Shown: one piece after another, positions 1 to 11,944 of the stretch
Layout: every line of letters begins with the position of its first letter
Position numbering within the stretch: position 1 is the stretch's first letter
Assembly: GCA_026023565.1 (NCBI GenBank)
Contig: JAPETS010000004.1
Location: 248,001-312,000, forward strand
From: Cirrosporium novae-zelandiae
Taxonomy: Eukaryota
Direction of reading: 5' to 3'
Length of the DNA stretch: 64,000 nt
Notes under the pieces: generated by a model
Told to the model about the DNA's origin: nothing
What the model saw: the letters and a program-made list of their open reading frames with translations, nothing else
The model's database searches: none
Position numbers and translations under genes: made by a program

Positions 1-230
1 GATGTGAGGGAAGATGAGAGAGACTAGGGGATGTGTGATAAGGGGTCTTATGAAGAATGTCTCAAGAATTTTTTTTTCTCTTCCTTCAGGCGCAATCACA
101 GCTTTCTACACATCATGGATGTATTTTCGAGGTCCCTCGAGCATCTCGTTTAGATTTTGAGGTCCCATTAACACCCTTAATCCCTATGGGGCTATACAAG
201 AAGGGGAGGGGGAATGAAATAAAAATGTAC

Positions 231-1421
231 CAATAACACCGCGAATCCGGTTAGCTATCAGATCAACAAGTTTGGGATTCGAAGGGCTTTTAGAGCGGAT
301 CAGAACGGCGGTGGATTCGAGGACCGTGGCGATGGCTTTCAGGCCTGCGGCTTTCATGGTTTCCCCGGATTCTAGAATATGGAAGATAAATCTTAGCCTA
401 TAAGACCCGTTTAGATTTGGTGGAGTAGAAGGAGGAGAAGAAGACGAAGAAGAAGAAGAAGCTAGGGATTATTTGAGAAGAGTGATTAGATCACCATGAA
501 TGCGCAGTACTCCACAACCCCGCACCGGCAGCGATCCCATCTTCAAGCAAAACAAGCAGTATTATTATGTTGCAGCTTCAAGTGTTCTGCCGTTCGGCAT
601 GAATAAAGGAGAACTCTAGGTAGAGCATAGAGAGCAAAAAATGAATGAAATGTAATGTAGAAGGTGTACAAACCCACAAGGTCCACAATTCCATCAGCCA
701 CACCCAGCGCACAAGCAGCCTCGACACTTCCGCCGACATATTTTATCCTCGTTTTTGACTTATCCTGTGCGCCCTCTAAACCCGTGAAATATTTCTCCGT
801 CAAACCTGTGAAACTAGTGACGATATTTCTCCCAACCAATTCCCCCGCTGTCTTACAATCTCCCTTCTCAGGGACCTGGACCTGCAGCTTGCATTTTCCA
901 AACCCTAAATCCAGTATTTCTTCGACACCAGTGGTAGGGGTAGAAGGAGAGAGTGTTTCATGTTCAGCAATGACATCACGGCCTGTGATTCCAAGGTCGA
1001 CACGACCTTCACCGACAAAAGTGGGGATATCAGCGGCGGGGAGGAAAACGAGAGCGAGGTCAAGATTCTTGACTAAAGCGATGTCAAGACGTGTCTGGCG
1101 GCGGAATTGAATATCGGAGCCAGAAAGAAGATCCAATGTTGGTTGTTGGAGACGACCCTCTACTTATAGTCAGTGACATGGTATGATATGGATTCTTGGC
1201 TTTCGATTTTTTTCGTTTCTAGAAGCGGGGGCGGGGCAAAAAGCGAAGCTGGACGTAGGGAGTGGAGACTCACTTTTTGGCACGGCAAAGAGGAGGCGGC
1301 CTTCTAGGCTTGGGAGGAGGGTCAGCTTTGCTGTCGAGGTCAAGGATAGTTGGTCAATTGGTTGTGTTGGATCAAAACTTGGTTGATTACTGGTTCTGAC
1401 TCACTGGTTCACAAGATCCAT
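231..1421 (-). CDS. HIS1: ATP phosphoribosyltransferase (histidine biosynthesis); 3' end lies beyond the left edge of the window
   Basis: Spliced reading: MDLVN.../LEGRLLFAVPKK/GRLQQPTLDLL...DLGITGRD...LGFGKCKLQVQVP...GSVEAACALGVADGIVDLV/ESGETMKAAGLKAIATVLES...NRIRGVI. ATG at 1421; intron 673-372; the last visible donor is GTACAT at 230. Confidence 0.93.
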
Positions 1422-2464
1422 AGCTCAATTCAATAATATTGTCGACGTTAACGACTAGTATGACAGAAGATAAGAGAGGTTAAATGTGGCGCTGGTATTG
1501 TGGTGTCTAGATGACTACTATGTACTGTCAAGAATAAAGGAATGGAAGTATGAAAGGCAAATACTTGTAGTTAGTGAGGTAGTTGGAGAGCAGTTTCCTG
1601 AGACCATTTTAAAGGTCATGGCTCCGAATCGGAGTTGAGTCACCGTTGTTGCAAGAACCTTCATTTGAATGGCCAACCCTGCCCTATCCTATCCCTTGAT
1701 CAAGTAGACTAGGCTAGCAGATGAGCGACCTACATTACCATAATAAAATATCTATCGGTATTATTACGCCTAATAAGTCTTCTACCCACGATCATATCCA
1801 GGCGCATCAAGGAAACATCACCTTCAACGTAAAAGCTCCTTCAGACCTCTCTTCCTTGACTGCCTCCCGTCATGCCACATTCCTTGCCTGCTCAAGTCAT
1901 CTTTCGTACCGTACCCAGACATTGCAACGAAAAAAAAAGAGAAAGTCCCCAACCCTCGGCCTAACCCATCTTACTGCCAAAGATAATAAAGCGTCTCTGT
2001 CAACATCAGCTATCCTTGGAACTTCATCCAACTTCATCCTTCCTTGGCCCAGAGTATGTAGTATGAAAGAAACCGGGTATCGCCTCTGACATCATGCTCT
2101 TGCTCATAAGACTCAACGATATGAAAAAAAAGTAAAGTCGCTAAACGTGAAAAAGAAGCGACGTAAACCGCTATAGAGAAGTAAATTCTATCCGAAAACA
2201 ACAATGGAAAGAAAATTCGTCGATGAAGCTCAAGAAACGGATAAAGGCCCCGCTCATCTAGATTGGTGTACGCGAGCGGATCTCTTTCACCTTGAAAGAG
2301 ATCAAAAACACTTAGGTATAATATGAATCAACTTCGCCATGCTCCATCATGCGCCACCAAGAAAAGTCCCCATATGAGGAAGATAGCTTCAGAAGGTTTA
2401 CGGGAGAAAATCATAAAAACCCTTTCTCCCCTCTTTGGAAACAACCCATACAGTATCAAGCTTT

Positions 2465-4039
2465 TCAACTCCTGAGCTAATTAGCATATAACGAATTAAA
2501 ACACCTACATAGAGTTGACCTTACCGTGTTCCCTGCATATAAACGACATCAAGGTCTGGAGTATCCGTCAGCTCAGCCTGCTGCTGGGCCATTACCTCTC
2601 TCCCATAGAACTCTACCAGCATTGTTCCATAAGCTTCTAATTCCTCGACCGAAATAGAGAGCCGAAAGTCATTGAGAAGCAGGAATTGCAGTTCAAGGTG
2701 ATTGAGCTCATTCAACGGTAAACCTCCCACCTAGAAAACATATATTCATTAAAACGAATCCTATTATGAGGAGTGAGAAATACATTTGGCTTACCTTAGC
2801 GTATCTCGAGTTGGTGTAAAACACATCCGAGAAGAATTTACTAGCGCATGTAACACCAGCAATGATCAGACGGTGGATGTTGAAACTATCAACGACAAAG
2901 AAGTGAGATGGACTGTAAGAATCGTTCTGCGTTGAAGGTTGAGGAGGAATTGTTGGAGAGGGATTATGATCTTGGTTATTAGACTGTGTCGAGGACGGGA
3001 CTGAAGGTGGTAGCCTTGACCCCTCAGAATGTTGTCTTGGAGGGTTGAAAGGTTGCGATGAAGTCGTGCTTCCAGTCATTGGCCGCTGTGATTCCTCTGA
3101 TCCCTCAGCTGTATGCAGCATTTGCAATGAGCCACTATTTACCCTTTCCGTCATTCTATCAAAATAGACTAGTAGACTCAAGAAAACTTCATACGTAGTA
3201 GGGCAATATTTATGAATCCGACTAAGGTAGCTTGCGATAGAGATGCTTGGAACATTCTTTCCATGAAAAGCTAAAACGCTTGACGTCAATTGGTTCATTC
3301 CGCTCGTGCCCTCAGGTGGCATGTGCATATGTAGATGTTCGTGTTGCTGATCATTCGTTGTCGTAATCTTCGTTAAGAGTCCGGCCACCATCTCAATGAT
3401 GTCTGTTACAGGCATTGAGCTGATTTCGTATTGCTGGCCCGCCTCTAGAAAACCTTTTGAGGCATTAGTACGAGGTTGTGACCGTGCAAGGAGCTCTTCG
3501 CTCGCAAAAGCCTGTATTTGTGAAAGATCTTTCACGATTATACGGCTGGGAGAAGTCACGCTGCCTAAAGAGCGCGTCGACTGGTAAGTAGTAGGCCTTA
3601 GAGTGGGCGAATCAGGGTTGGACGGATGAGCAGTTGTTAGACCGTGAGGCGCATTTGTAAGAGGGAATCCAGCCCGGTCATATCCATGTTCGGAAGACTG
3701 ATGTGAATGTACGGAATCTGAGGACGGGAGGGGAGGAGAGCGTTGTGGTATGGTCGTGGTGCTGTGGGCACTCCTCTGGCTGGGAGGGCGAGATGAATGT
3801 GTAGAGATGATGGCATGGAGAGATTGGGGATGATGATAGGAGGAGTATGACGAAGGAGGAGCTGCTGTAGCTGAGACCGGAGTTGTTGTCACCGACGTCG
3901 GCGTCGACGATTGCGATGATTGGAAGGATGCGGAACTTCGGTGGGAGCGATACTCTGGTCGATCATGGCCATTCCCACCCAGCATGTTGTGAGCAAATCG
4001 AGGTAATTCGGTGACAACTTCGCTCATTAGGACAGACAT
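2465..4039 (-). CDS. Pho85-type cyclin (Pho80/Pcl6/Pcl7 subfamily)
   Basis: Cyclin motifs FHGKNVPSISIASYLSRIHKY and NIHRLIIAGVTCASKFFSDVFYTNSRYAK/VGGLPLNELNHLELQFL. Intron 2794-2731. The apparent stop at 2523-2521 overlaps a GTAAGG donor, so the end is placed tentatively at 2465. Confidence 0.85.
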
Positions 4040-5773
4040 ATCAGCGTCGGAAAATCACTTTGATATATTCTGTTCAGTACTAGAGATAATCAGTTGTCAT
4101 TTCTTCTTCTTCAGGTCGGTACAGAGGATTCAAGAAAACAAGGCAAACAAAGTCCATACAGCATAGAAAAGGATAGCGCATTAGTTAGGAGGAGATATCG
4201 GGTTGCGTGGAGAATATTTCATGAAAAGTGGTCTAACTGGGTTGAACAGCGCGTGGATCGAAGGAGCGTGGGGTTGTTCTTGCTTTGATATGCTGCGACT
4301 TTGGTGTCGATCTTGATCAGATTGGGGGGGGGGGGTTGGAATTGGGGTTGGGGTGGGCTCCGCAAGTTATATTATTTGGTGTAATTATTATGATTGCGGT
4401 GGATTGGGAAAGAGGCGCAAGAAAAAAGGTAGGCAATAGTTAGGGCAATGTTGATTGTTGATGAGATACAGGTGAAGATGGGATGGGCGATGATGGATGG
4501 AGCGATGGGCTGTTTGGCGGCAAGTTGGTGGATGGAAGCCGGAAATGACGCAAAAAAAAGGATTGGAATACAGAGAGCCAAAGAAGGCTTACCAGTTGGG
4601 TACAAGCTTTTATGCGAGAGAGTACAGTAAGGTTAGAAAACCATTTAATCTAGCTATGTATGAAGCAATAAAAGTGCAAAGAATGCAAAAAAAATCAAAA
4701 ATTCCAAAAATTCCAAAAATTCCAAAAAAAAATTGAATCAAGAGGACCGATATACAGATAAAGGGTTTACCGTATGTCATTACTTTCCATGGTATTAGGA
4801 TTGTTGTTTTTTTCCTGGGCTCTAAATGGCTCTAAGTGGTCTCAGTGGCGTTTATAGGGATAGAAGCCAACGGAGCCTGTTACATGGGATCAACACATTA
4901 ATACTAATCAATACAAACCAATACCAATTAATACTCTCAATTAACTACCGTAGTCCTCTTAATTTACTTCTCAATTACTACGTTCTACTTAACACTGTAC
5001 ATCATTCCCTATCCCCCCCCCCCACCCACCCATCCCCTCCATCCACCACTCCCCCCTTCGTCCTTGCAGCCTACAGCCTACAGCCTGAAGCCTGAAGTCT
5101 GAAACTTGAAGACTTCCCAAACCTCATCCCCTCACCGGCTTTCGCAATGCCATGTAACTTGTCTAACTTCTCTTCTACCTTTTCGGCTCTTCTTCCGCGC
5201 CACTATTTGACTTCCTGAGTTCAAGTGGCTTCCAGGAGTTGTGGTAATTTTTTTTAAGTACCTATGTAGTGCCTTCCAAGGTCCCTGTACCTCGTCACCT
5301 CGTGTAGTAGGAAAAAGTAAAGATTCCAAATATTGTACTGTGATAATTACTGTATGCCCACGGTGCCCAAGTGAAAAAAATAATAATAAGCCATGTGAAG
5401 TCATTAAACTCCCTGATACGCCAATTTATCGGTGCCGCTGCATTATTGTGACCCGCCCACCCGCTATGGCCCTAGTTAAAATTGTCAGAATGGTCAGCGT
5501 TGTCATATATTTGGATGCCCTGTAATGATCCTGACGGAAAACCTGAACATGTTCGATATTCCCTTCAAGAATAACTCAATTCTCTTGGCCTTCCTTTGAT
5601 TTATTTGCTAACAACCTTGTCAATATAGGCATGGCTCTTTCGGACTGGGCGTAGATATCAAATTACCGAAATCTACATAGATACGAGTCAGCACCGAGAA
5701 TGAGCCACCTCATGGCGATTTCAGTAATAATTCCGTATTTGCTCCTTTATCTGATTAATCTACCCATATAGGT

Positions 5774-6854
5774 CTATGCTCTATCCACCCCTGGACCCGT
5801 GTAGCCAGTATCTGGAAGATATAGATGTCTGACATGACCCTTGCCCGTCAAAACAACCATCCTGATGACACCGCCTGAACTACCATCCCATTTGATGGCT
5901 TCTCGTAGTGCTCCTTTAACAAATTGAACTCCTTCCTCCTCTGTCATGTTTTCTTGCCAATTAGCATCACAGTAGCCATAGATATAGGTTGACCCGGAAC
6001 CTCCGATTGCGTATGGCTGTTTATGCAGTGAACCTCCGATTGGTATCGCGTAGACCTGTCCTCCGTGCCTACGATCATATCCCGCAATTATCATGCCAGC
6101 ACTGCAATAAACCAATTAGTTCCCAAACCCAAGTGCTGCAAGGGATGATTGTCAAACCTGAGCATATCCTTATTTTCATAGCAAAGTTCCTGGAATAACG
6201 CTGCTGCCGTCTGTGTAGAGGGAGACTCATCATTCGTAATGTCGTACATCCCCAGATGATATCGGACGATGTCAGCTACAGCCTGTGTGTCTGCTGCTGA
6301 TCCAGACCGACAGCACCATATTGTGTCATGAACCTGAGTCAATTTATCTGTCACTCGGTTGGCGATAAATGCACCGGTGGTTGTTCTGCTGTCTGCGCCC
6401 AGAATAACACCGTCTTTGAAGGTAATTGCCATGCTGACACCAAGTCAGTCCCAGTTTTGCAGCACTAATGAATAATCTGTGCTGTTTCCAAATAATGTAG
6501 TAGATATGTAAATATGAATCCACCTTCAATCTCTATTTATACTAAGCTAGTGGAGCCAGGTACAAGACTGTAGATACTCTGGGGGTACATAGATTGTTCG
6601 GACGGTATACACAATCTGAAAGGGCAAGAGTAACGAGGCTTGACATACATGGAGGTTCCAAGACTGGTAAAACGGTCAGCTTCCTGTAGTCAAGTATATC
6701 AAATCAATGTTCTCACTTCACTTCACCCTTCTTCAAATGATTCATATCAACATGTATGCCATCTAGTAACTATGATCAGCTAGGCTTTTTCCATATATTT
6801 GATTTGTGGCTAACCTTCTCCAAGGTTGCCTGTAACATGTCCGCCGGGATACAT
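5774..6854 (-). CDS. PRE3: 20S proteasome beta-1 subunit (propeptide plus catalytic Thr1)
   Basis: Spliced [52 protein letters not shown]...RSGSAADTQ...[13 protein letters not shown]...[11 protein letters not shown]; 4 introns. Confidence 0.95.
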
Positions 6855-7268
6855 TTTGAATGAGGCAGGGACCGGTAATTTTAAGATGGAGGTGGTCGGG
6901 GAACGTAGAGTGGTTGATATCAATGAGGTCTGTGAGAAGAAGTTGGTCTATATATGTTTAAGCATCTGGTCAGGGCCAAGGCAGTCAAGCTGTACGCAGT
7001 CGTTGGTTGATCTGAGTTATGGCCCAAGCTTCTCGCTTAATTAAGTTAGGCCGAGGCTTTCTTCAGGCTTTTCTCTCTCACTCATTCCCACTTCATCTTC
7101 AATATTTATTCATCCCCTTTCTCTTCCTTCTTAACTCTTCTCAACTTTTCTCAATGCAACCATCGAGCATCTTACAAAGCCCTCAAATACAAACTACTAG
7201 TTACTTTTAGTAGCCTTGAATATGAGATAGCTAGTCTCCATTGAACATAAGTTGTGGCATTGCCCATT

Positions 7269-8561
7269 ATGGCAAACCAGCAAACCCTTCAAAATTTTCT
7301 TTCCTACTTTCGTATCCCCGTTATAGCTTCTTCTGCAATTGCTGCCCTCGGCAGCGGCCTTCTTTACTTCAAGCAGAAGTCTGTCTTCATTATGTACTTC
7401 TGCTTACATACGTTGCTGATTACCGCAGTGAAATAATTTATCCACGCAATCTTCCTGTGGGTTCACGAACCGAAGTCCCACGGCCCTCACAAGTCGGGGT
7501 TTCGGATTATGAGGACCTTCAGTTACGTACTCCTGATGGAGAATCATTGCATGCCTATTTCATTCGACCATCGAACCGGAGCCAGGCAAAGAATGTCACG
7601 ATACTAATGTTCCATGGCAATGCTGGAAACATTGGACATCGCCTGCCGATTGCTCACATCTTAGAAGAACACATTGGTTGCAATGTGTTAATGTTAGAAT
7701 ATCGGGGATATGGTCTATCAACTGGTACCCCGTTTGAGAATGGACTCATAATTGATGCCCAAACTGGACTAGATTACCTACGCCAGAGGCCAGAGGCAAA
7801 ACAGACCAAAATCGTAATATATGGACAGAGTATTGGTGGTGCTGTGGCTGTAGCACTCACTGCTAAGAATCAACAGCAACAGGACATCGCAGGTCTAGTA
7901 CTGGAAAACACGTTCTTGAGTATTCGGAAACTCATTCCAAGGCAAGTTGGTCATATTCCTGTATCTTTCTTATCAATGACTAATGGCTTTCAGTGCATTC
8001 CCTCCAGCTAAATTTCTAGCTCCCCTATGCCACCAATATTGGCGTAGTGAGGAGGCATTACCAAAGATAAAGGATATTCCTGTGCTCTTCTTAAGCGGAC
8101 TTAAGGATGAAATAATCCCGTAAGACTACCCATCCTTCTTTCCTTTTCTTTTTTCCCTACAAGCGATGATGAATTAGAAAATTTTTCATGTCTTCTTTCC
8201 CAGAATGAACTACAACACCATGATATACCGAATTTCTGTTATTCTGATCTTGTCGAATCTTTCGTGATCTCTTACACTATGACAAATGCTCCATGCTCAG
8301 AAGCTAACCAAGTGGCACATTAGTCCCTCACACATGAAACAACTATACTCTGTTTGCAAATCTCGAACAAAAATTTGGCGTGAGTTCCCGCACGGCCAAC
8401 ATAATGATACGGTAGCTGAACCTCATTATTTTGAATGGCTTTACGATTTTGTTACCGAGGAAGTTTTGAAACAAGCTGTAGATGATCATCAACGGGTGAA
8501 AGATGAGGACCAATCAGTTGAGAGCGAGATGAAATCCATGAATGGGCAGCCAACGTTATAG
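7269..8561 (+). CDS. bem46: Bem46-family alpha/beta hydrolase
   Basis: FHGNAGNIGHR, EYRGYG, GQSIGG nucleophile elbow, LENTFLSI, LSGLKDEII, HNDT. Introns ~7379-7428, 7942-7993 (GC-AG) and 8120-8323. Confidence 0.9.
8159..8253 (+). ncRNA. Intronic box C/D snoRNA, snR190/SNORD12-like guide
   Basis: C box ATGATGA 8166-8172, D' ATGA 8205-8208, C'-like ATGATA 8220-8225, D box CTGA 8244-8247, terminal stem ACAAG/CTTGT. Guide GTCTTCTTTCCC (8190-8201) is complementary to 25S GGGAAAGAAGAC. It lies in an enlarged 204-nt intron. Confidence 0.8.
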
Positions 8562-9117
8562 AAGTCGGATCTTCCAGCTCCTGGACATGAGAATGATTGG
8601 TGCTGGTGTCGGATGTTTCCTATGGATGATACCCCTATTGTAACGTGCGTGAGTAGTATAGAGTTTTACAGTGTTCCCCCTACTCTCGTACCGTTTCACT
8701 ACGTATAGAATACGCCTTATAAAGTTATCTAAAGCCGTATTTTGCTATATGCTACCCTCAGCCAGTCATCAGATTTTCCATTTCATACCTTTTACCTCCT
8801 ACGTACTAAGCAATTTGTTCCTACGATGAGTGTGATCGAATATTTCAGGAAGTGTAAAGGCGAGAAATAAGAAGTGGGTTGTAGCAAACCAAAAGCATAA
8901 GAGAATTCACGGATTTTATATGTCGTAATCAAAGGTATTTTTTTTCAGGACATTACTTTCTCTATCAGTCCGTTCAAACCATCCTGCCTGCCAACCATCT
9001 ATATACGCACGAATCATGAACGTACTCAGTTCCCCGTGCGAGTGTGATAACCCTCATTTTTCTCAAGTCTCCATCATGAACCTATTCATCATATGACACT
9101 CATAACACATCTATAAT

Positions 9118-11176
9118 CTACTCCCTAGCCAAACCTAGGTCTTCCTCTGCAGGCACAATACGTAGAGTGTTTGTGTGGCCGCGGCCGCCCTTCCAGCCCT
9201 GGATGCACACCACACTGTCGCCCTTACCAAGAACGCCGAGGTTGATGGCATGAGAGATGCCCCATTTGATACGTCTGTCGACGTCCTCTTGCCAGTTGGT
9301 GACGCTGAAGTCAGGTTTGGATTCGGGGAACAGGAATGGGTAAACGCCGCGGTAAAGATGAGAGTATCTAGAGGCGTGGGGGTTACGAGTCACCATGATG
9401 ATGGGGCAGACGGGGCGGAATTTGGCGACGAGACGTGCCGTGAGACCGCTACAGATATTTGTTAAAACACATATTTCACTAGGTTTAAGAATCCGGGACT
9501 TCAAAACTTACCTCGTTGTCAAGACCAGAATAGCGCCAGCAGCAAGTTCTAAGCTTGCGCTCACAGCGGCCATAGCAACCGACTCGGTGGTATCAGTGGG
9601 CCTTGGCACAAGGCTTCGGAGCTCGTCAAACAGACTGACGTAAGGGATAGCAACCTCAGCCATCAAGCAAGTCTCGTGCATCATAGTCACGGCCTCCTTA
9701 GGGTAATTGCCCTTAGCAGTTTCACCAGATAACATGACACAGTCAGCGCCGTCGAGGACAGCATTTCCGACATCGCTGACTTCGGCACGAGTGGGGCGGG
9801 GGTTGTAGGTCATGGACTCGAGCATTTGTGTGGCACAAATAACGGGCTTACCGACGCGGTTGCATTTCGAGATCATCATTTTCTGGGCAACGAAAACTTG
9901 CGAGGGGGGGATTTCGATACCCAAATCACCTCGAGCAACCATGACACCATCGGTGACCTTGAGGATCTCATCGAAGTTGTTTACACCCTGCTGGTTCTCG
10001 ATCTTGGCAATAATTTGGATTTCCTTACCTTCTTCGCCCAGGACTTCACGAATGTGAAGAATATCCTCCGCACGGCGGATGAAGGAAGCGAAGACCATAT
10101 CAACATTGTTCTTTACCCCAAATCGAAGATCGGCTTTGTCCTTTTCTGAAAGAGCGGGAAGGTCCACATCAGTCCTAGGAAGGTTAACACCCTTTTTGGA
10201 GGAGATGTTGCCGTTATTCAAGCACTTGACACGGATGGTCTTGTCATCAACAATGTCAAGAACCTCGAAGGAGAGAATACCATCATCGACGTAGATGGTT
10301 CTTCCCTTTTCAATCACCTTGGTGATGTTCTTGTAATCAAGGTACCTACATGGTTCATAAATTAGTGGGATCGCTCCTTGTTTCTTGGTCATACATATCC
10401 ATTGAATGTTTGCAAAATCTTACATGTTCTTGTCATCGGATGCAGTGGCATATTTCTCATCAGTCGTAATGTTCATTTCGGCGCCAGCGCTGATTGGGAT
10501 ATCCTTGTCGCCAGGGGTGTTACCCGTTCGGATTTCAGGTCCTTTCTGTGAATGGCATTAGGTCCCTGATCTAGAGATGATGTTGGATACTGAGATTCTC
10601 CACATACGGTATCTAGGGCAATTGCCAATGGACGGCCAGCTTGTATTTTCTCAGCCTCTCGGGCATGGTCAATAACAGATTGGTGGTACTATTCCAAGGG
10701 CTATGGGTTAGCATTCCGAAAGCATATGGGATACAAGTTGAGAAAGGGCAATCAAGGTCGTTCATGAGCTTTCATATATTGTATTGATCTTGCCAAAGGT
10801 GAGATAAAGAGCTTCGCTCTAACATACCTCGTAAGAGCCATGAGAGAAGTTCATGCGGACAACATTAAGACCGGCTAATTTTTTTCCAGGTTAGCTTTGA
10901 AGCTCCCATGAAGAATGTAGTAGACTCTATTACCTGTACGAAGAATGTTGATCTTCTCAACCGAGTTTGTCTTAGGGCCTGGGAAACTTCTGTTAGACTA
11001 TAGGTGATCTCCAATGATATAGATAGCAAATGAGGATTTGCAGCAGCTAACAACACACCAATTGTACAAATGATAGAGGTACGTCTGTAGGCCTTAGCAG
11101 GCTTGAACTCGGTATTGAGACTGGAGAGCCATTCCAGCCTGGTACGGTTCTCGAGGTGATCGAGAGCGTTAGCCAT
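9118..11176 (-). CDS. PYK1: Pyruvate kinase (7 exons)
   Basis: [63 protein letters not shown]; six canonical introns traced. Confidence 0.97.
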
Positions 11177-11349
11177 ATTGTGATTGTAGTGATCAAAGAA
11201 GGATGAGAATGGGGGGATTTAGAAGAAAATAGAAGTTGCAAGGTGTGAAGATGTGAAAAAATCAAGTGAAATGGAAGAGAGGAAATTGAGAGACTAATAA
11301 AAAAGGAAGTGATCTAGTAGTAGATATGTAACCGTGGTACTTTTTCACG

Positions 11350-11377
11350 GTGGTGCTGTGGTGCTGTGGTGCTGTGG
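11350..11377. repeat. Short tandem repeat (GTGGTGCT) x~3.5 upstream of pyruvate kinase
   Basis: gtggtgctgtggtgctgtggtgctgtgg read directly. Confidence 0.85.
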
Positions 11378-11725
11378 TAGCAAAAAGGAAGTTTAGGAGC
11401 TCCCCCGCTGCTGGTGTGATTATGGTGGGTTGCTCTCACAACCTCGTCCCTCACTCAACAGATCAGATCACGGCTCGGCGTCAGTCAGTTGGTTGCTGGC
11501 AGAATTCATGTATCTAACTTAATTTGAAGGCGGTGAAGACAAGGCCGCATGAGCATTTCCCATCAGTCACACAATAATAATTAATGTAGCTTAACCGTGC
11601 TAATTAATGTCATTGCCTATGGTCAGTCGGTCTTTCAGCGGCGTCTCTACAACTCAACTGAACCTGAACTTGCGGCAAGAGCAAACGCAGACATCCCGAA
11701 ATATCTAACCCAACCAACTGGTTAA

Positions 11726-11763
11726 CACTGGCACCACTGGCACCCACTGGCACCCACTGGCAC
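11726..11763. repeat. Tandem 9-10-mer (CACTGGCAC[C]) x4 in the PYK1/DUF1748 divergent promoter
   Basis: cactggcaccactggcacccactggcacccactggcac read directly. Confidence 0.85.
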
Positions 11764-11944
11764 TACTAGCTAATCCATGCTTTGTATACCCACCACACCC
11801 ATCACAACAAATACAATCATCCCTTCTTAGTGACTACTAGCAATCTGATCAGATCTCTCCCAAAACACACCTCCATCTTCCATATTTATAAACTCTACTC
11901 TTCCGTCTATTTCAAAAAAAAAATACTCCCCCCCACTCCTCAAA

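Noticed and set aside
10689..10705. Proximal TAG acceptor in PYK1 intron 3 that would add a premature stop
   Set aside because: Only a few nt from the GCTAAC branch point, probably too close to be used.
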